From: Ascidiella aspersa
Lineage: Eukaryota
Assembly: GCA_963924565.1 (NCBI GenBank)
Contig: OZ004610.1
Coordinates: 7,068,001 to 7,132,000, forward strand
Reading direction: 5' to 3'
DNA length: 64,000 bases
The position numbers and the translations under genes are program-made. How positions within the stretch are numbered: position 1 is the stretch's first letter; each line of letters opens with the position of its first letter. Shown here piece by piece: positions 10,581 through 24,000 of the stretch. Below the pieces are notes generated by a model that worked only from the letters and a program-made list of their open reading frames with translations, was not told where the DNA came from and made no database searches.

Positions 10581-13409
10581 GTGTGTTCTCCACTGGGTAT
10601 GAAACCCATTTTTATTGGCAGCAGAACCAGAAAGTGTCGCTTGGTTGGATTTTATCCATGGCGGAATATTTTCAGAAAAAAACGTAGAACAACTGATATG
10701 ATTTTATTACAATATTTTTTAAGGAATAAAGTAAAGCAGGTGCAGAGGACCCCACACCCAAAGGGGGACCCCGCACATACAGAGGACCCCGCACAGGTTT
10801 AATGTACATACATACCATGATATGAAAAATGTTTGTCCAAGAAAAATGGTTAGCATAGCCGATTTGTTGTTTTTTTTTTGTTTTTTTTTAGTATATATAT
10901 ATAAGCTTTAAAACTAAATTTATTCATTAATCTACGTAGGTACTCGCGAAACGTCTTGTCTTTTGTGCAGTAAATGTGAAATAACGGCATGCCAAAAAAA
11001 GATTTTTAGTGCATTTTAACGTCAAGTCATGCGTCTTTGACCTGAAAAACTTTTAAATTTATCGATTCATGGATAAGTGTAGAAAGTTTTTTTTTTTTAT
11101 TTTACCATCAAGTAGGGAAGGAACTAACGCTACCTACGGTGTGTTGTTTCGCCCAGTCTACAAATAGCACAGCCGTAATCTCTAAAACATGCTGAGGTTT
11201 CGCTGTTTCTCTGTGTGATGAATGAACTAAAGCAGCCAACCAGCCAGCTAATTACAGTCGGTTGTAAAGTGACACCTCAATAGGCGAACTGGCGCTAATT
11301 CGCAGTGTTTGGAAAGGATTGTACTACTTTTGTTGTTATCTTTAAAGTGCTTTAGACAGTTAATACAAACCGTATTTGAAATCATTTGTGTTACGTTTTA
11401 AAGTGGCATACACTTTGAAATTATATTCAGCCGCCATACAAATTTTGAATAGGTTTGCGTGATTTTATGAAACGACATGCGCATTTTTAATCAGGTAATT
11501 TTTAAAGGGTATTTTCGACCAGTTAATTTCCCTACCGAATTGTCGAAGACAATAAATTTATTTTTTAACTATCGTCAGCGCAAACTTACAATCGTCCATT
11601 TTGTACAAAACTGAAGACGAAAACCAGAAAGTTAGCGTTCTTGTGCAGCCTGCCGTGCGTCAATGCGTATGGACGACGACTAGCTGCAAACAGTTTCCCG
11701 GAGTTTTCATTGTTGTTTTATTTCGATTGGCTTCGTTTGCCGACGGATTGTGAAACCAATCAAGGCGGCGTAACTGGAAATCCAATAACGTAAGAGGAGC
11801 CGCTCGCCTTTTTATGTGGAACGTTTCTCTTTTGTTGCCGCGACAATCCTTTTATAAATCGAGCTATCTGGAGCTTTTCGCAGCCGCCGACGACAGCACT
11901 CGGCTCCTGCCAAAAGCAGGCGTGCAAAATGTGGCGCTGTGTGCCGTAGAAGGGTGTTATCGATGCTGAAAACCGCCGTGTTTGAACGACCTGCCTTCGC
12001 CCGTTACGCTACAGCCTGTGTTTGTCTTTTCCCGGCGCCTGAGCCAAAGTTAAACAGCCGTGCTGGCCAAACAAGGGAACCAGTTGTGTGCGAGTCAATA
12101 CCTGGCGCACATGGGTTGCGTATGTCGACAAAGACAAAGAGCTGATATTTCAGATCAAGTGACTTACTTTGTATTTTGTTGAGCCCTGTTGCCTGGATTT
12201 CCTTAAACCTACAGTCAATCAAAGATTTCTGTAGCTTGGCAGTTTGGTAGGATCAGTTCATTTGTGGTTTCTTTAACGTACAAAATATATGCAGTCCAGC
12301 TAACTTTCAGGTGAAACAAGAAAAGGCAGTTTCACCTATTGTACCAAAACAAAATTTGAACATTCAGTGTTGATTAATATACAAAAAGGTGCTCCTTTAT
12401 TTTGTACTTTTATATGGTTTCATAGGGCTAGTTGTTACCTTGTGCTGAAAGGTTTAAGTGTAAGTAATTTCAGCTCGACTAATCTAGTAAATATGATTCC
12501 CATTACAAATATGACTAGCACAACTACTTTAAGAACCCGAGTATCTTGTGAGTCATTGTTGGCTAGCAGGGGGAGTTTTATTGTGTTAGTCAACAAAGTT
12601 TAACTTTCACATTCACCATATGGGCCACTTGTAGAATGTGATGGGCAAGCCTTTATACAGAAACAGCAGTTAATAAATTTTGGCACTATTTCTGAAGGAA
12701 TTTGATGACATTTGATTGTTAAAATTGTGATTTTGGTAAATGCATTGTTTGTACGTTTAAAGTCAGATAGCTTAAGATCTTAATAACATTTTCATGCAAC
12801 AGTTAACATTAAAGTAAAATAATTGAAAGAGTTGTTAATAACACTTAATTGTAATAGTTGTGATATGTTGGTCAATGTTATTGCAACTTTTAAAGACAAA
12901 TGGTTTAGGAATTTGATAACATCTTAATTCAATAATTAACATTTGGCAAATATGTGTTATCTTACAGTAATATATAGTAAGAAATGGTTGACAATTGTTG
13001 TAGTTGAAATTTTGGTAAATACAAGTTTACATTTAATTAAACAGTTTGATAAGTTCATAATATTTGTTTAATCTAGATGAGATTTAGTTAAAAACATTGG
13101 TTCTACTTTTAAAGTCACATTGGTTCTGACTTTTAAAGTAACTTAAACAGGTAGATTATATTTCTTCAGAATAGCTAATGTTTTACGCTATGTTTATAAT
13201 ATTTTCTCACCTTTCAAATCAATAAATTAATTCATCTTTATTTAAAACGATGTACTGATAAGCTCGTCTTCACATTTTGTAGCAAGCTGAACAATTACAG
13301 TGTAAATGGTGGAACACCTGAATCAGATAAGCAGTTTATTTTGCAGTACAAGCCAAACGCACAAGTCCAAAAGCGATTGTAAGTCAAAATGCTCCAAAAA
13401 AACGAACGC

Positions 13410-13910
13410 CATTTCCCAGTCGGCGCAGTGGTGTCCAGGATTTTTTCGGCGCCGCCTGTAATCTGACAATAAACTTGCGCGGCCGGGGCACTATTAAGCT
13501 TTTACAACGCAGTGACGTCAGCCGGATTGACAGCAAGGGCTTTGAGATCCTTAGTCAGCGCACATCCTGTTGGCGGCCTAGGCGTGCTCCCGCTGCCTGC
13601 TGTATCTAGCAGCAGCAGCCGCCAAAAACTCGCTCAATGACACATGCGCCAGGGCCAGGCGAAAATGACAAAAGTGCAGCCGCAGCATTGCAACACAGTT
13701 CCTGCTTATAATGAGAGGGCGACGAAGCACACATGTGCGCGGCAAGCATGTCGAGCGCAGCGTTCCAGCTTACTGCAAAGTCATGTGTGCAAGGCATGTG
13801 GCGATGCCCCGGGCTGCGTCGTCTATACTCGCTCTTGTTTATCGCCGTTTCCAGTTAAATTTTGCGCGGTTTTGCGACTGGGAACTGTTGTTATTACAGA
13901 GTCAGGCTAA
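13410..13910. promoter_or_regulatory. CpG-rich regulatory island with CRE and inverted CCAAT
   Basis: TGACGTCA at 13513-13520 followed by GGATTG; GC-rich against AT-rich flanks. Confidence 0.35.
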
Positions 13911-16600
13911 GCTTAGCGGTGTAAAACTCCCTGGCAAAAACCCTGCTTTTTAAGACATGTCAGGGCGAACCAGTAGCTCTTCTGCAGCATCCTAGCACAG
14001 TATCAAAGGTCTGTCAGTGGGTTAGATGATGAATTATTTATCGATTAGGCCTACTAAGCTGAATACAGCTGACAACAAGTTGTAGGGATTTTCGTAATAA
14101 TCCCCAGGTTGTGTAACATAAATATTTAACAGCCACCCTACGAGACAGTTGGTTGTCTAGCTTAAAATATGTTTGCCTGTCTTGTTTGTATTTTAAGTAT
14201 TTTGTTATGTATAGTAAGATACGTTTTTCTTAGTACCTATCATTGCAATGTAATTGTTTTTTAAGTTCATGTTGTTGGAATTTCTTCCGGGGTAAACACT
14301 TTTTGGTAATTTATCAGCAATATCATTTATGGTCTAAAGCTAATTCTTAAGTACATATTTTCAGAAAAATATTTTAATATATCCAAGTCTAAAGGTGTAA
14401 AAGCCAACTTTTATCTTTGTGGCATGTGAAAGAGTAAATTTAAAAACCTAGACCCATAAGCGAATTTATAAAAACGTTATGAAACTTAAATGATAGTTAA
14501 ATTATGCAGAAGTCCCAACAGAATCTAGGGATATCCAAACAAAATTTAGTAAACATATGTTATGTTACAAGTATTTTAGTTAAATTAGTCGATTCACTAT
14601 ATGCGCAGATCCATGTATAAGAGCAACTCGCTTTGCACCAAACCTTATTGCCTTGCAGAATGCTGGGCACACAAAGAGCGGTGCCAAGGGCTCAAAAGAC
14701 TTGATTAATATTCAGCCATCAGCCCGGAAGCCGGGTTAATTTGTAATAGAAACTAGCCCGACAAAATGACGACGATCCAAAATGCAAGGCAAGACCCAGT
14801 ACACACTAACCCAAGTAGCTGTCGACTGCTGCTCCATTATAACCATCGAACACAAAGGGGCTGCGTAAACAGAACAGCACTTCAGCACCTTTCCTTGCTC
14901 GAGCCTTTTCGAGATACTTAATTACCGCCATGCTCGATTGCACACAGCGGCCAGCCATTGTGCCGACCCGTAGCCACTTGTACTTGTGTGCCAGTCGTCG
15001 GTAGCGCCTTGTTTTTTAGCGTTTCCTTGCCTGGCACCAGGGAGGGGCCGATTTCTTTTGTCTGCAAGCGGAATCCGTGAAAAGATGTCAACATTTTCTC
15101 CACCGCGCAAGCCTTTTGGAGTCAACACGTGCCTAGCGTGCCGCGCTCTGTCCTTATTTACCTGCAGCTTTGACTGTCATGGTTTTGCCTTTGAGCGCGA
15201 GTTCAGCGTTAATAAAAGTACAACTGTTTTGTGAGAAATGAGAAAATAGACCTGATAAAGTAAACAGCTCGAATTACATGGCAAGAAATAAAAGGGCTTT
15301 CACTGAGGAACGTTTGTAAGAATGGTGCTAGAAGCGTGTTACGGCATGCGAAGTGATTTGTCTGCGTTTGTGTCTCCTAACTTTATATAACTAAAACATA
15401 ACTTCTAAATATGGTAGATCTGTATTGAGCAATGCAATAGCACGGCTATCAATTTTCGTATTCGAGTCAATAGGGTTTTTGGAGCGTGACTTTACTGCAG
15501 TCTTGTGTAAGTTACCTGGCAGATACTACGGAACACAGATTAGCACATTTTCAAAAAACTTAAAAAACAGTGTTTTTTAGATTTACCAGGATTGTCCAAT
15601 AGGAGGTTCATTATAACAGTTTATGTTTGTCCTTTTCACCATACCTTAGCATTGCCAAGTACAAAAGCGTTATTTTTTACAGGGATAAGGGCCGTCGCAA
15701 ATCGAGTACATTGTAAGAGGCTCACTTGACTAAAGAGTGCAAAACGGTTGTACACACTGTTTCGATCGTTTGGTAAAACGCTTCTGTCTTTAGAATAGTT
15801 CGGACTTGAATGGGCCTTGTAAATTGCCATAGGTTCAAATCCACAGTCACACTTTTAAGATGTACCTTTAGTGCGCAAAAAGCGAAAAACGCACTTTAAT
15901 CGTTCATTTCTGTGTTGCCTAAACCTTGTTTACAGCAGACTCGCAATGCCTTTTCGAAACCACGGTGTTTCTGTGTAACCTAATAAAAAAGCGGTCCGTT
16001 ACTTATTGCATTACTTCCTCGAGAGAAAAATCACGCCCATCCTTTGGGTGCTGGATTTCACTGCCACTGTGCGAGCCTGGCTGATAGCAGTGATGAAATT
16101 GTGCTCGAATTTACAGCAGTGGCTGTCAAACAGTCCCGGCCAAATATGGCAAATCACACGTCACCAGTGCGAATAACCGCTCGGTTTGCGATGAACCGAG
16201 ATACGAAGAAATTCTGTTTCTTTTAAGTACCGTTTGCTGCATGCGAGGCGTAGTATTTGTGCCGTTTTAGTGGTTAACCAGTACACCGATTTACCATTGG
16301 GGTCGCTCGATTTAGGCGTTTTACTTTTCTAATTTGATTTTTTGACTCTGAAAGCTGGGTGAAATGCACATTTTACCAAAAGTTGCCAAACTTTCTCATG
16401 TCTGGTATGGCCTAACTCTTTCTGTCAGCTTTTAAAACTCTTCAAATGTTGCGCTTGTAGACTACCTCAAAACAACACACTTGTTTTGAACTAATAGAAT
16501 CATAGGTTTTAAGTTTTTTCCTTTCGAGGTCACACTTAAAAAAATATTTGCTTTTTGAATATGAAGTGATATAAACGAGATACCTGAAATTCAGTTTTAC

Positions 16601-16605
<5 letters not shown>

Positions 16606-16637
<32 letters not shown>
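16606..16637 (+). repeat. Poly(A) tract (~32 nt)
   Basis: Read directly. Confidence 0.9.
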
Positions 16638-16639
<2 letters not shown>

Positions 16640-17375
16640 TGCGTGCATTTGACTCTCCAGTATTTATACGAACCATTTTTGAAGATGAAATTTGACTGTT
16701 AATTTACACATAATAGTTTTTCAATGTTTAATTTCTATATTAAATTGATAGTGTATAATTAATGAACGCTTTTCGACTAACAACATACGCCCAAGTAATT
16801 TGGTTTAAACAGGTGCGTTCCAGGAGTTCGAGTTGTATACTTACGGTTAAATTCAGCGCTGAGTGACCGTTTTAAATGAGCGCGAGCCAGATTTTTGGTG
16901 CTTTTATCACCTAGGAACGACTGGTTTTCGTGTTTTTTTAACTGTGGAATTTATAATAAAATGACGCTACAAAGGAAAATCTAGTTTTAAGAAACAGCCC
17001 TTCTTTCAATCAAAATACTAAAGCCGTAAATATTTTATGCCATTACCAGTGCAAAACAATCAAGTTGTATTTTTTGCTTATGTTTATTAGATTTTTTACC
17101 CTGATGTTGGGCATGCAGTATTACCGAAGTGTTTGTAAACAAAAAACACTAAGTTAATCGAAAATTATGGCTTCGGATTTTGTATTTCAAATACTAAGAA
17201 AACCCGTGTATTGTGTTTAAAAAAAACGTCGGTGTTTTTTGCTATCAAGAACATTTCAGCAACGTTAGTTATTAAAGAAAAGATTTAAAAATAGGCGAAC
17301 GTCACAAAGTTACGTCATAAACTAAGGACTCTTCAAGTTACTTGTCCACCTGGATAGCGTTATGTGTGTCTAGCC

Positions 17376-17692
17376 CAGGGGTTGGCAATTATTTTTGACA
17401 GCGTGCCACACGAGAAACAGAAAATATCTTGACGGGTCGGGTCACAAAAGGATCTGAAATACCCGTAATGCAACGTGTGATTAAGTTTAAAAGAATCTTT
17501 ATCTTTGTTTTGACAAGCTGGTAAGAGTATAGGAATAGGTGAGGACGCCTTACACGAGTATAATGCAGTCAATAAATAATTTTAAAATCAATACAAAAAT
17601 GTTAAGACTTATTTTTGCCTAACCTAGTTTTATTTAAGATGCTCTGCTGGTCTGATTATATTTCTTGTCGGGCCTTAGTTTGCCCAGGTCTG
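17376..17692. mobile_element. hAT (Charlie-like) MITE, 317 bp
   Basis: TIRs CAGGGGTTGGCAA / CAGACCTGGGCAA; TSD GTCTAGCC / GTCTAGCT (7/8), nTCTAG target typical of Charlie elements. Confidence 0.8.
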
Positions 17693-17802
17693 GTCTAGCT
17701 GGTCTAACCAATGCCCTTCTATTTTTCAGATCGTCTACTTAATAGGTTGTTTTGTTGTTAAAACTGATACTTTGAAAGAAAAGCTATAACCGAGAAGGAA
17801 AA

Positions 17803-17844
17803 ATGTGCAGCCGACGTTCACAGCGAGCCCCGCTGAAACGCTAG
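17803..17844 (+). other. Upstream ORF (MCSRRSQRAPLKR*) in VGLL4-like 5'UTR
   Basis: aaaATG...TAG, 13 codons, between acceptor 17729 and main ATG 17900. Confidence 0.45.
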
Positions 17845-17899
17845 ACGCGCGCGCGGCGATCAAAGAAAAAGTATTAGTTATAGAAGAAGACTTATTAGG

Positions 17900-18059
17900 A
17901 TGGAATCGGCCCTCGACGTCCTCACAAAGGCGGCGCACTTCGTCGAAAATCAGCAACAAAATGGATTCGAGCAACGGCGAGCACATGCCCTACAGCAACA
18001 GCAGCAGTCGACTGGCAAACAACAGCACCCAGTCAAGGAAAATGGAGACGCCATTCCCG
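17900..18059 (+). CDS. VGLL4: VGLL4-like coding exon 1
   Basis: aggATGG start; MESALDVLTKAAHFVENQQQ...GDAIP; donor CCG|gtatgc phase 1; likely upstream acceptor atttttcag| at 17729. Confidence 0.88.
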
Positions 18060-21000
18060 GTATGCGGTTTCAAATTTTCGAATTGCTATAGCGTCCGAAC
18101 CTTCATGGGAGCAAAATTTACCTCGATTGCGATTCTAATCCGTTTAGATTTAGACGTATAAGCGGAATTCGGCTGCCGAGCCTTCCAACTTGTTGTACCC
18201 CACGCAGTTAGCCAAACAGGATTTTTTTAGTATTTTCTTTCCTCGAGTGTTACTTTTGTGTTGCGGGTCAAGGCGTTCTGTGTTAGTACGGATTTCTAGG
18301 TCACCGTATGGCACAATGTTTTTTTCTAACTTTGCGCGCATAATTTGAAACGCTAGGACAGCATTAGTAGGATTTTGGCCTTTTGCAATATTATACCCTT
18401 ATTGTTGCTACCCTTGAACAGCCCGTTAAACAGTCTGTTTGTACACTACTTATATTTACCGAAAATAAAATTCTTTTTTGAAATCTAATTCGATGGCATA
18501 TCGTATCGTACTGCTAATTAGTTTTTTTTTGTTTTGAAGGTAAAAATAATTTGTTATATTAAGCCGTGAATGCGCTGCACAAACAAAACGTGCTCTTTTG
18601 GAAAAGAAACGCCTTAATCGTTGCCAAACTTTATTACTACACTCAAGATCAGCTTTTATATCGTGCAACGTAAAAACTTAAAATAGATACAATAGGTAGT
18701 TATAGGACAGCGACAGAGAACAGTATAGATTGCATTTAGGTCCATACCGCCCTGTCATGTTATAGGTTGATCCTGCCTTAAGAAAGACAACTCTACAACG
18801 ACTGGTATTATTATTAATTGTCCACGTGACGAGCGATTGTAAACCAATCGCAGTCTTTTCAAATTTCCGGTATTTTTTCTCGGAAAGTCGAATTTAGTGC
18901 GCGCAAAAACAAATAAACTCCCCTGAACCGCAATTTACCAGTTGCTAAACCGAATTACCAATGAACTCCAAAACGTTTTGTCAACGACAGTAGCAGCAAA
19001 CAACAGATTTGATAGCTATAGAGATTGCATCACTGGTCCATTTTTGAATTTGCGCAAGGCGGGGAAATTTTGCCACCCGATTTTGCTCGAGTGGTATCCC
19101 GTGACACAAATCAGGCGTGACTACTACTTTTAAATTGATGATTCATTCGGCGCTTAGTGCAACATTTCTTTCCGGTCCCGGTTTCTACTATTTTTTCAGT
19201 CACAAGGTTATGGTGGGTTCTAAAACCCCCATAGAGCGCTGGAAGGACCCCTAAGCACCCCGCCCCCCTATCTCAACCCTTTCGTGTGACCTAAAGACCT
19301 ACCGCCGGAAATTACTCGAAACGACATTATCAAACGAACGCTTGCGTCAAAACCTTAAAATTTTGGCAGTGCTGCGAATTGGTTGCGTCACTTGGCAATC
19401 GAAGAGATTGGCACAAATTTGCGTGACTCATGATCAGTAGAATTAAGTGTGCCGTGGAAAACTCTAGGGTTGCAATTTTAATTTGCTAAAATTTCCAATA
19501 GGCCAACAACAGTCGCCACCAACTCACTTGCGACGATAATAAATCAAGTTGCATCGCAATTTCCAGCTGTCCGCACTTGGCTTTTTTTACAATAAACACG
19601 GCCGGTCTTTTGTTTACATCATGTTCACCGCGTTTCAAACGAGTGTAGACGATTTCTTAATGTTTAAAAGTGCCCGTTGGTTTTATAATTGGTTTGGGGT
19701 CGGTTACATTATTGTAAATAGTATGTAGTAGTGTAGTACATTTTATTTGATCTCCCTTTTATGTTTTTTTATACATTGGTCACCTTATATGTCCACTTCA
19801 TATTGTAAGTTTTTGCTTAATGAAAACTAATTTTCGTTCTTTACAAAACTGCTACTTTGTTTGCGCTTTTCACCCTTTCAGTCAAAACAAGAATTCAGCA
19901 AAGGTTTGACAAAAAACGCCCAAATCATGACGTTAAAATTTTGCCTTAAAAACTCCGTTGGAAATTAATTTTGATTTTACCTAAATTGTTGGTGAATTAT
20001 ACCTGATTTTTTAAAGTGTATTTCGAATTCGAACTTTTGTAATTGTGATGCTATTTGAAAAATGACAAAAATGTAGTTTAAATCGTTTTGGGAAAGAAGT
20101 ATTTCTAGTTTATCCTATACTGGTTGTTTTGTCCAAGAGTATAGGCAAGCTATTTGGTTGTAACAAGTAAAAAAACTGACAACGTAATGTCAGAAAGGAA
20201 GCGATCACCGTATACATGAAAAAAATTGGTGTTTTACATGCGCGTTCATTCAATTTATTTAACGAGTTTATCGTTAAGGACGACTACATGCATTTTGTTT
20301 AATCCGCTCTGTGTCCATTTTTCTTTAGCAGAGCGCCGAATTCTAACCGTGCTCACCCAACTGTGTAAATGTTGTTTACAACGTGACGTGGAATCGAAAT
20401 TGCATCACATGCCGTTCGGTCATCGATAATTCCGCGTCATGCTGACGGCTGCATAATTTCCCAGCACTGGGCGAGCAGCTTTTAAATTCCTCTCGACCCG
20501 CTTTGGCCAAGCTAGGCCAGCGACCAGCTTACAATATGGTTTCGATTAATAGGCAGCTGTCTTCACTTTTTATTCAACAACAGCTTTTTTTCCGTCACAT
20601 TTGCACCTTAATGGTCCCGGCTGTCTTTAGAGTTAGCATGCACACACTACTACTTTTTAATGCACTACTTCGCGCACTGGATTGTTTAGACACGCAACCC
20701 TAATGGGAATTCCTTGTAATCGACTCGCCGCCCCATCTTGACGCGGAAATGCGAATAAATTGCTTACTTGTCGGAATCGCAAATCGTTCGTTCGGTAATA
20801 AGAAAGTGCTTGGCTGTCAAACCAATTAAGGACGGCCTTATCCGCTTATGTTTTTCGCATAACTTCCAATTGAATACGGTGATGGACAGGGTTGTAACTA
20901 CATATTTCTGTACACTTCCGTCACTTGACTTAAACTTTAGTTGTTTAACTTAATGGATTTGACACATAAAAAAGTTCTTTGGAATAGTGTTTTGTTCCTT

Positions 21001-24000
21001 GATTTCCTAATTTTTACACATAAAGCGTTTGCTTTACCCGTGTTCAATTTTAGGTGTTTGTTACGCAAAAATTCCTAGAAATCTAATACCTTTGCAGATT
21101 TCAGTGGTATAATTATCATTTCAGACTTCTTGTCTTTCAAAATGATTTGTGCTGTTTGTATCTCTATTGTTGACACAGTGCTTAACTATGTTTATTATAG
21201 ACACGTAACAGACGTTGTAGTAAACTATAAACTTGTTTGCTGTAAAGTTGTATCCCAGATTTGGCGTTAAATTGCGGAAGCAATAGGAATACATTGGATC
21301 ATATCATAATAGCTAACATTTTATGCTTTGTTCGTTGATAAAAAATTCAAAGAGAATTCCATTGCCATAGCTTCGATGTTACACTTTTCGAAAAAAGGTA
21401 GCAAAATGCTGCTTTTAATTATTGATAATGTTTAGTCATTGCCATTTGCCGTTTCAGCATTGCGCTAAATTATATGTTGTCAAAATCACTCGAATGGGCC
21501 ATTCATAGATCTATTTCTAGCTTTTCATATAAGGGCAACTGCATTCAAAGTGGGAGGAAACTGTTTTGCTGAAGAGTGCTTTTGTTCTATTTTTAAAATA
21601 TCGAAATGTTTGTGCAATAATCACCACTTAAAGTTTAAATATAAGGGGTTATACAACCTAACAAACTTTAATACACATTTAACTCCTAATTTTGTCACAC
21701 TATATACCATAGGCAATCTCACCCAGGTTAAAAATTATGTAATATATATATTTAACTAGAGTCCAAAGATGATTGACCGACGCCGCGTGAAACCATTATT
21801 AGCGTGTTGTTTTGAACTTTGTTCAACCGTGCCAAGATTGCTTGGCAAACAATAGCGTGTCTATAAATTATACCAGCGATTACAACTGGGTTGCGCTGCA
21901 CCTTGGGGTGCCATGTATAATTTCCAAGCATGCCAAGCGGTATTTTAAATTATTACATAATAATTATTTTGCTTTATTGGTAAGCTTCTTGAAAAAAAAA
22001 AGTTTGTGTACTATTTGAGTAAAGTTAATCGAACTTATATCCCTGCATAGTGCACAGTCGTGGCTTGGTGGTGTTTCGTTTGTTTACTTTTCACTGTAAA
22101 CCACTCGGGAAAAATGATTGTGACTCAATCTACTTATCTTTGGTGAAGGGCGCCGATGGCTAAAAAGATTAGGAGCTACTGGCTGGAACAGGCCGGTGTT
22201 TAATACGAGTAATCGTTTTTCAGGCGCAGCTTTTTCTATTCTTGATTCTACCACTTAAGCTCAATAGGCTTGCTGAACTTTTTAACAGGGTTAAGTTCTT
22301 TCAAAGTGACTGTAAACGCTCGCATAAACACCAATGTATTCATCTGGAATGGTTATGGCATTTTTCTTTTTACAACGTATCCGGACCAGTTGTACACCGG
22401 TAAATTTTGCCACGAATAACGATTTAGTTAAAAGCTAATCTTTGTGATTTAAAGTACAGTTCAACTTTAAACTTGTTTTTAGCCAAGTCTTCTTTCAGTC
22501 ACAGCCACAATCGACATTTATATAGGTTTAAATCATTTAAATATTTTAAATCGTCATCAGTACACAGAACAACTGTTATCAATACAATTAAATGCTTAGA
22601 CGTATTTAATTCGTTTTAAGTTGATTTGGAAAACTATACAATGCCAATTATAGCCAATCTGTCAGCAATACCGGTCTAACACATCAGAAGGCTGCGGAAA
22701 GGAAATAAATTGACTCATCAAGAATAGTGACGCCTTGAAGCTAGACGGTTAATTTCAGCGACAATGTGAAATGGTATATGACTGGTAGAAATTTGTGGCC
22801 ATTTTTTCGGTCTTTGGTACGCCCCCGAAACTTGACTTGGCTTTGTTATTTTGTTGGTCTTAATGCTGCTGTTTTGTAGATTACTTTAATTTAGCTCTTG
22901 TTGCTTTGTATGTCTTATTGTGTGTTTCCGCTAAAACGCCCGGCCAGACTTATTTTGAACTAAGGCTCGTTCCCAATTGCGTTAAGTATCCACTGGAAAA
23001 TAGCAGCAAAAATATCCACGTCTCTGTGCTGTCGATAGCTTAATGCCTAGCAGTTCAGCGTCACCAAAACCTGTCGAAATTGCGCTGGCGCGTCAGGCAA
23101 ACTGCTGGGCATAACCGCCGGCATTCCTGGCATGCCAGAACCGTTTAAGCAGCGTACCTGGCCTGCTGGCCCCGACGCTGTGTAATTGCCACCTCGCGTT
23201 CGGCAAAGGTCGGGCGACTGTTTTCACGTATCGCTAAACTGGTAATTTTTTTACAAGTTTTAGACGCCAATCGTCTCCTGGAGCCCATCAGTCTATATTT
23301 TTCAAGGTTATTGGAATATCATATCCAATGATTATACTCGATCAAAATTTAAAATGTGTGTCTAAATGTCCGCCACTCGTCCACTTTCTGGCACTTTTAA
23401 ATTTGATAATCTTAAATCAAATGGATTCTTAAATCAAATTGATTTCGAGAAGCTCAAGTCGATTCGTGGTTTCCGTAAATTTTAGTGGGTAGGGGAGTTA
23501 GTGATGTACTTAGGGGTAGGGTTTTGGGTTGGGTAAACATGCCTTATTCTGGCCACTAGTTCTTGTTCTCGCCTGTTTAGGACTTACCGGTACTCTGATT
23601 TTGGTATTATGTCTATTATAGTTATTAGTCCTATTTTGGTCTGATTCCGAGATAGGTTTTATTCCGTCGTGAATGTTGTTCTTATTTCGGTCTTATGGCT
23701 AGAGTCCGATCGAAGATGACTATAATTCATATCGCCAACACTTTTACCGCATGACATAGAGCAACACTCCAATTAATGGCGTCAAAAGTTAACGGACGAT
23801 TAACGATCAAAAGACGGACTTTATATAACTGCGAAACTCTAATTCCCGCTTAATTAGCCTTAATTCCCAGTTATATAACTGCGGTCCAAACTCTACTGAT
23901 TCAAGTCGACAAGAATGCCGGTTGTCCGCTGCACGCACGACACTGATAGGTCGGGTTTCGGGAAGCGAACTTTCCGCTTTGGAAAAGGATATCCAAGTCT

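Noticed and set aside
15790-15845. GGTTCAAATCC B-box-like word (tRNA or SINE)
   Set aside because: No convincing A-box, cloverleaf, tail or TSD.
16560-16640. Poly(A) as retroposon tail
   Set aside because: No TSD or recognisable SINE/LINE body upstream.
17805-18161. 118-aa ORF overlapping VGLL4 exon 1 (contains METP)
   Set aside because: Alternative frame of the CAG-rich exon with a GTG start; the METP match is coincidental, and the conserved motif is in the 17900 frame.
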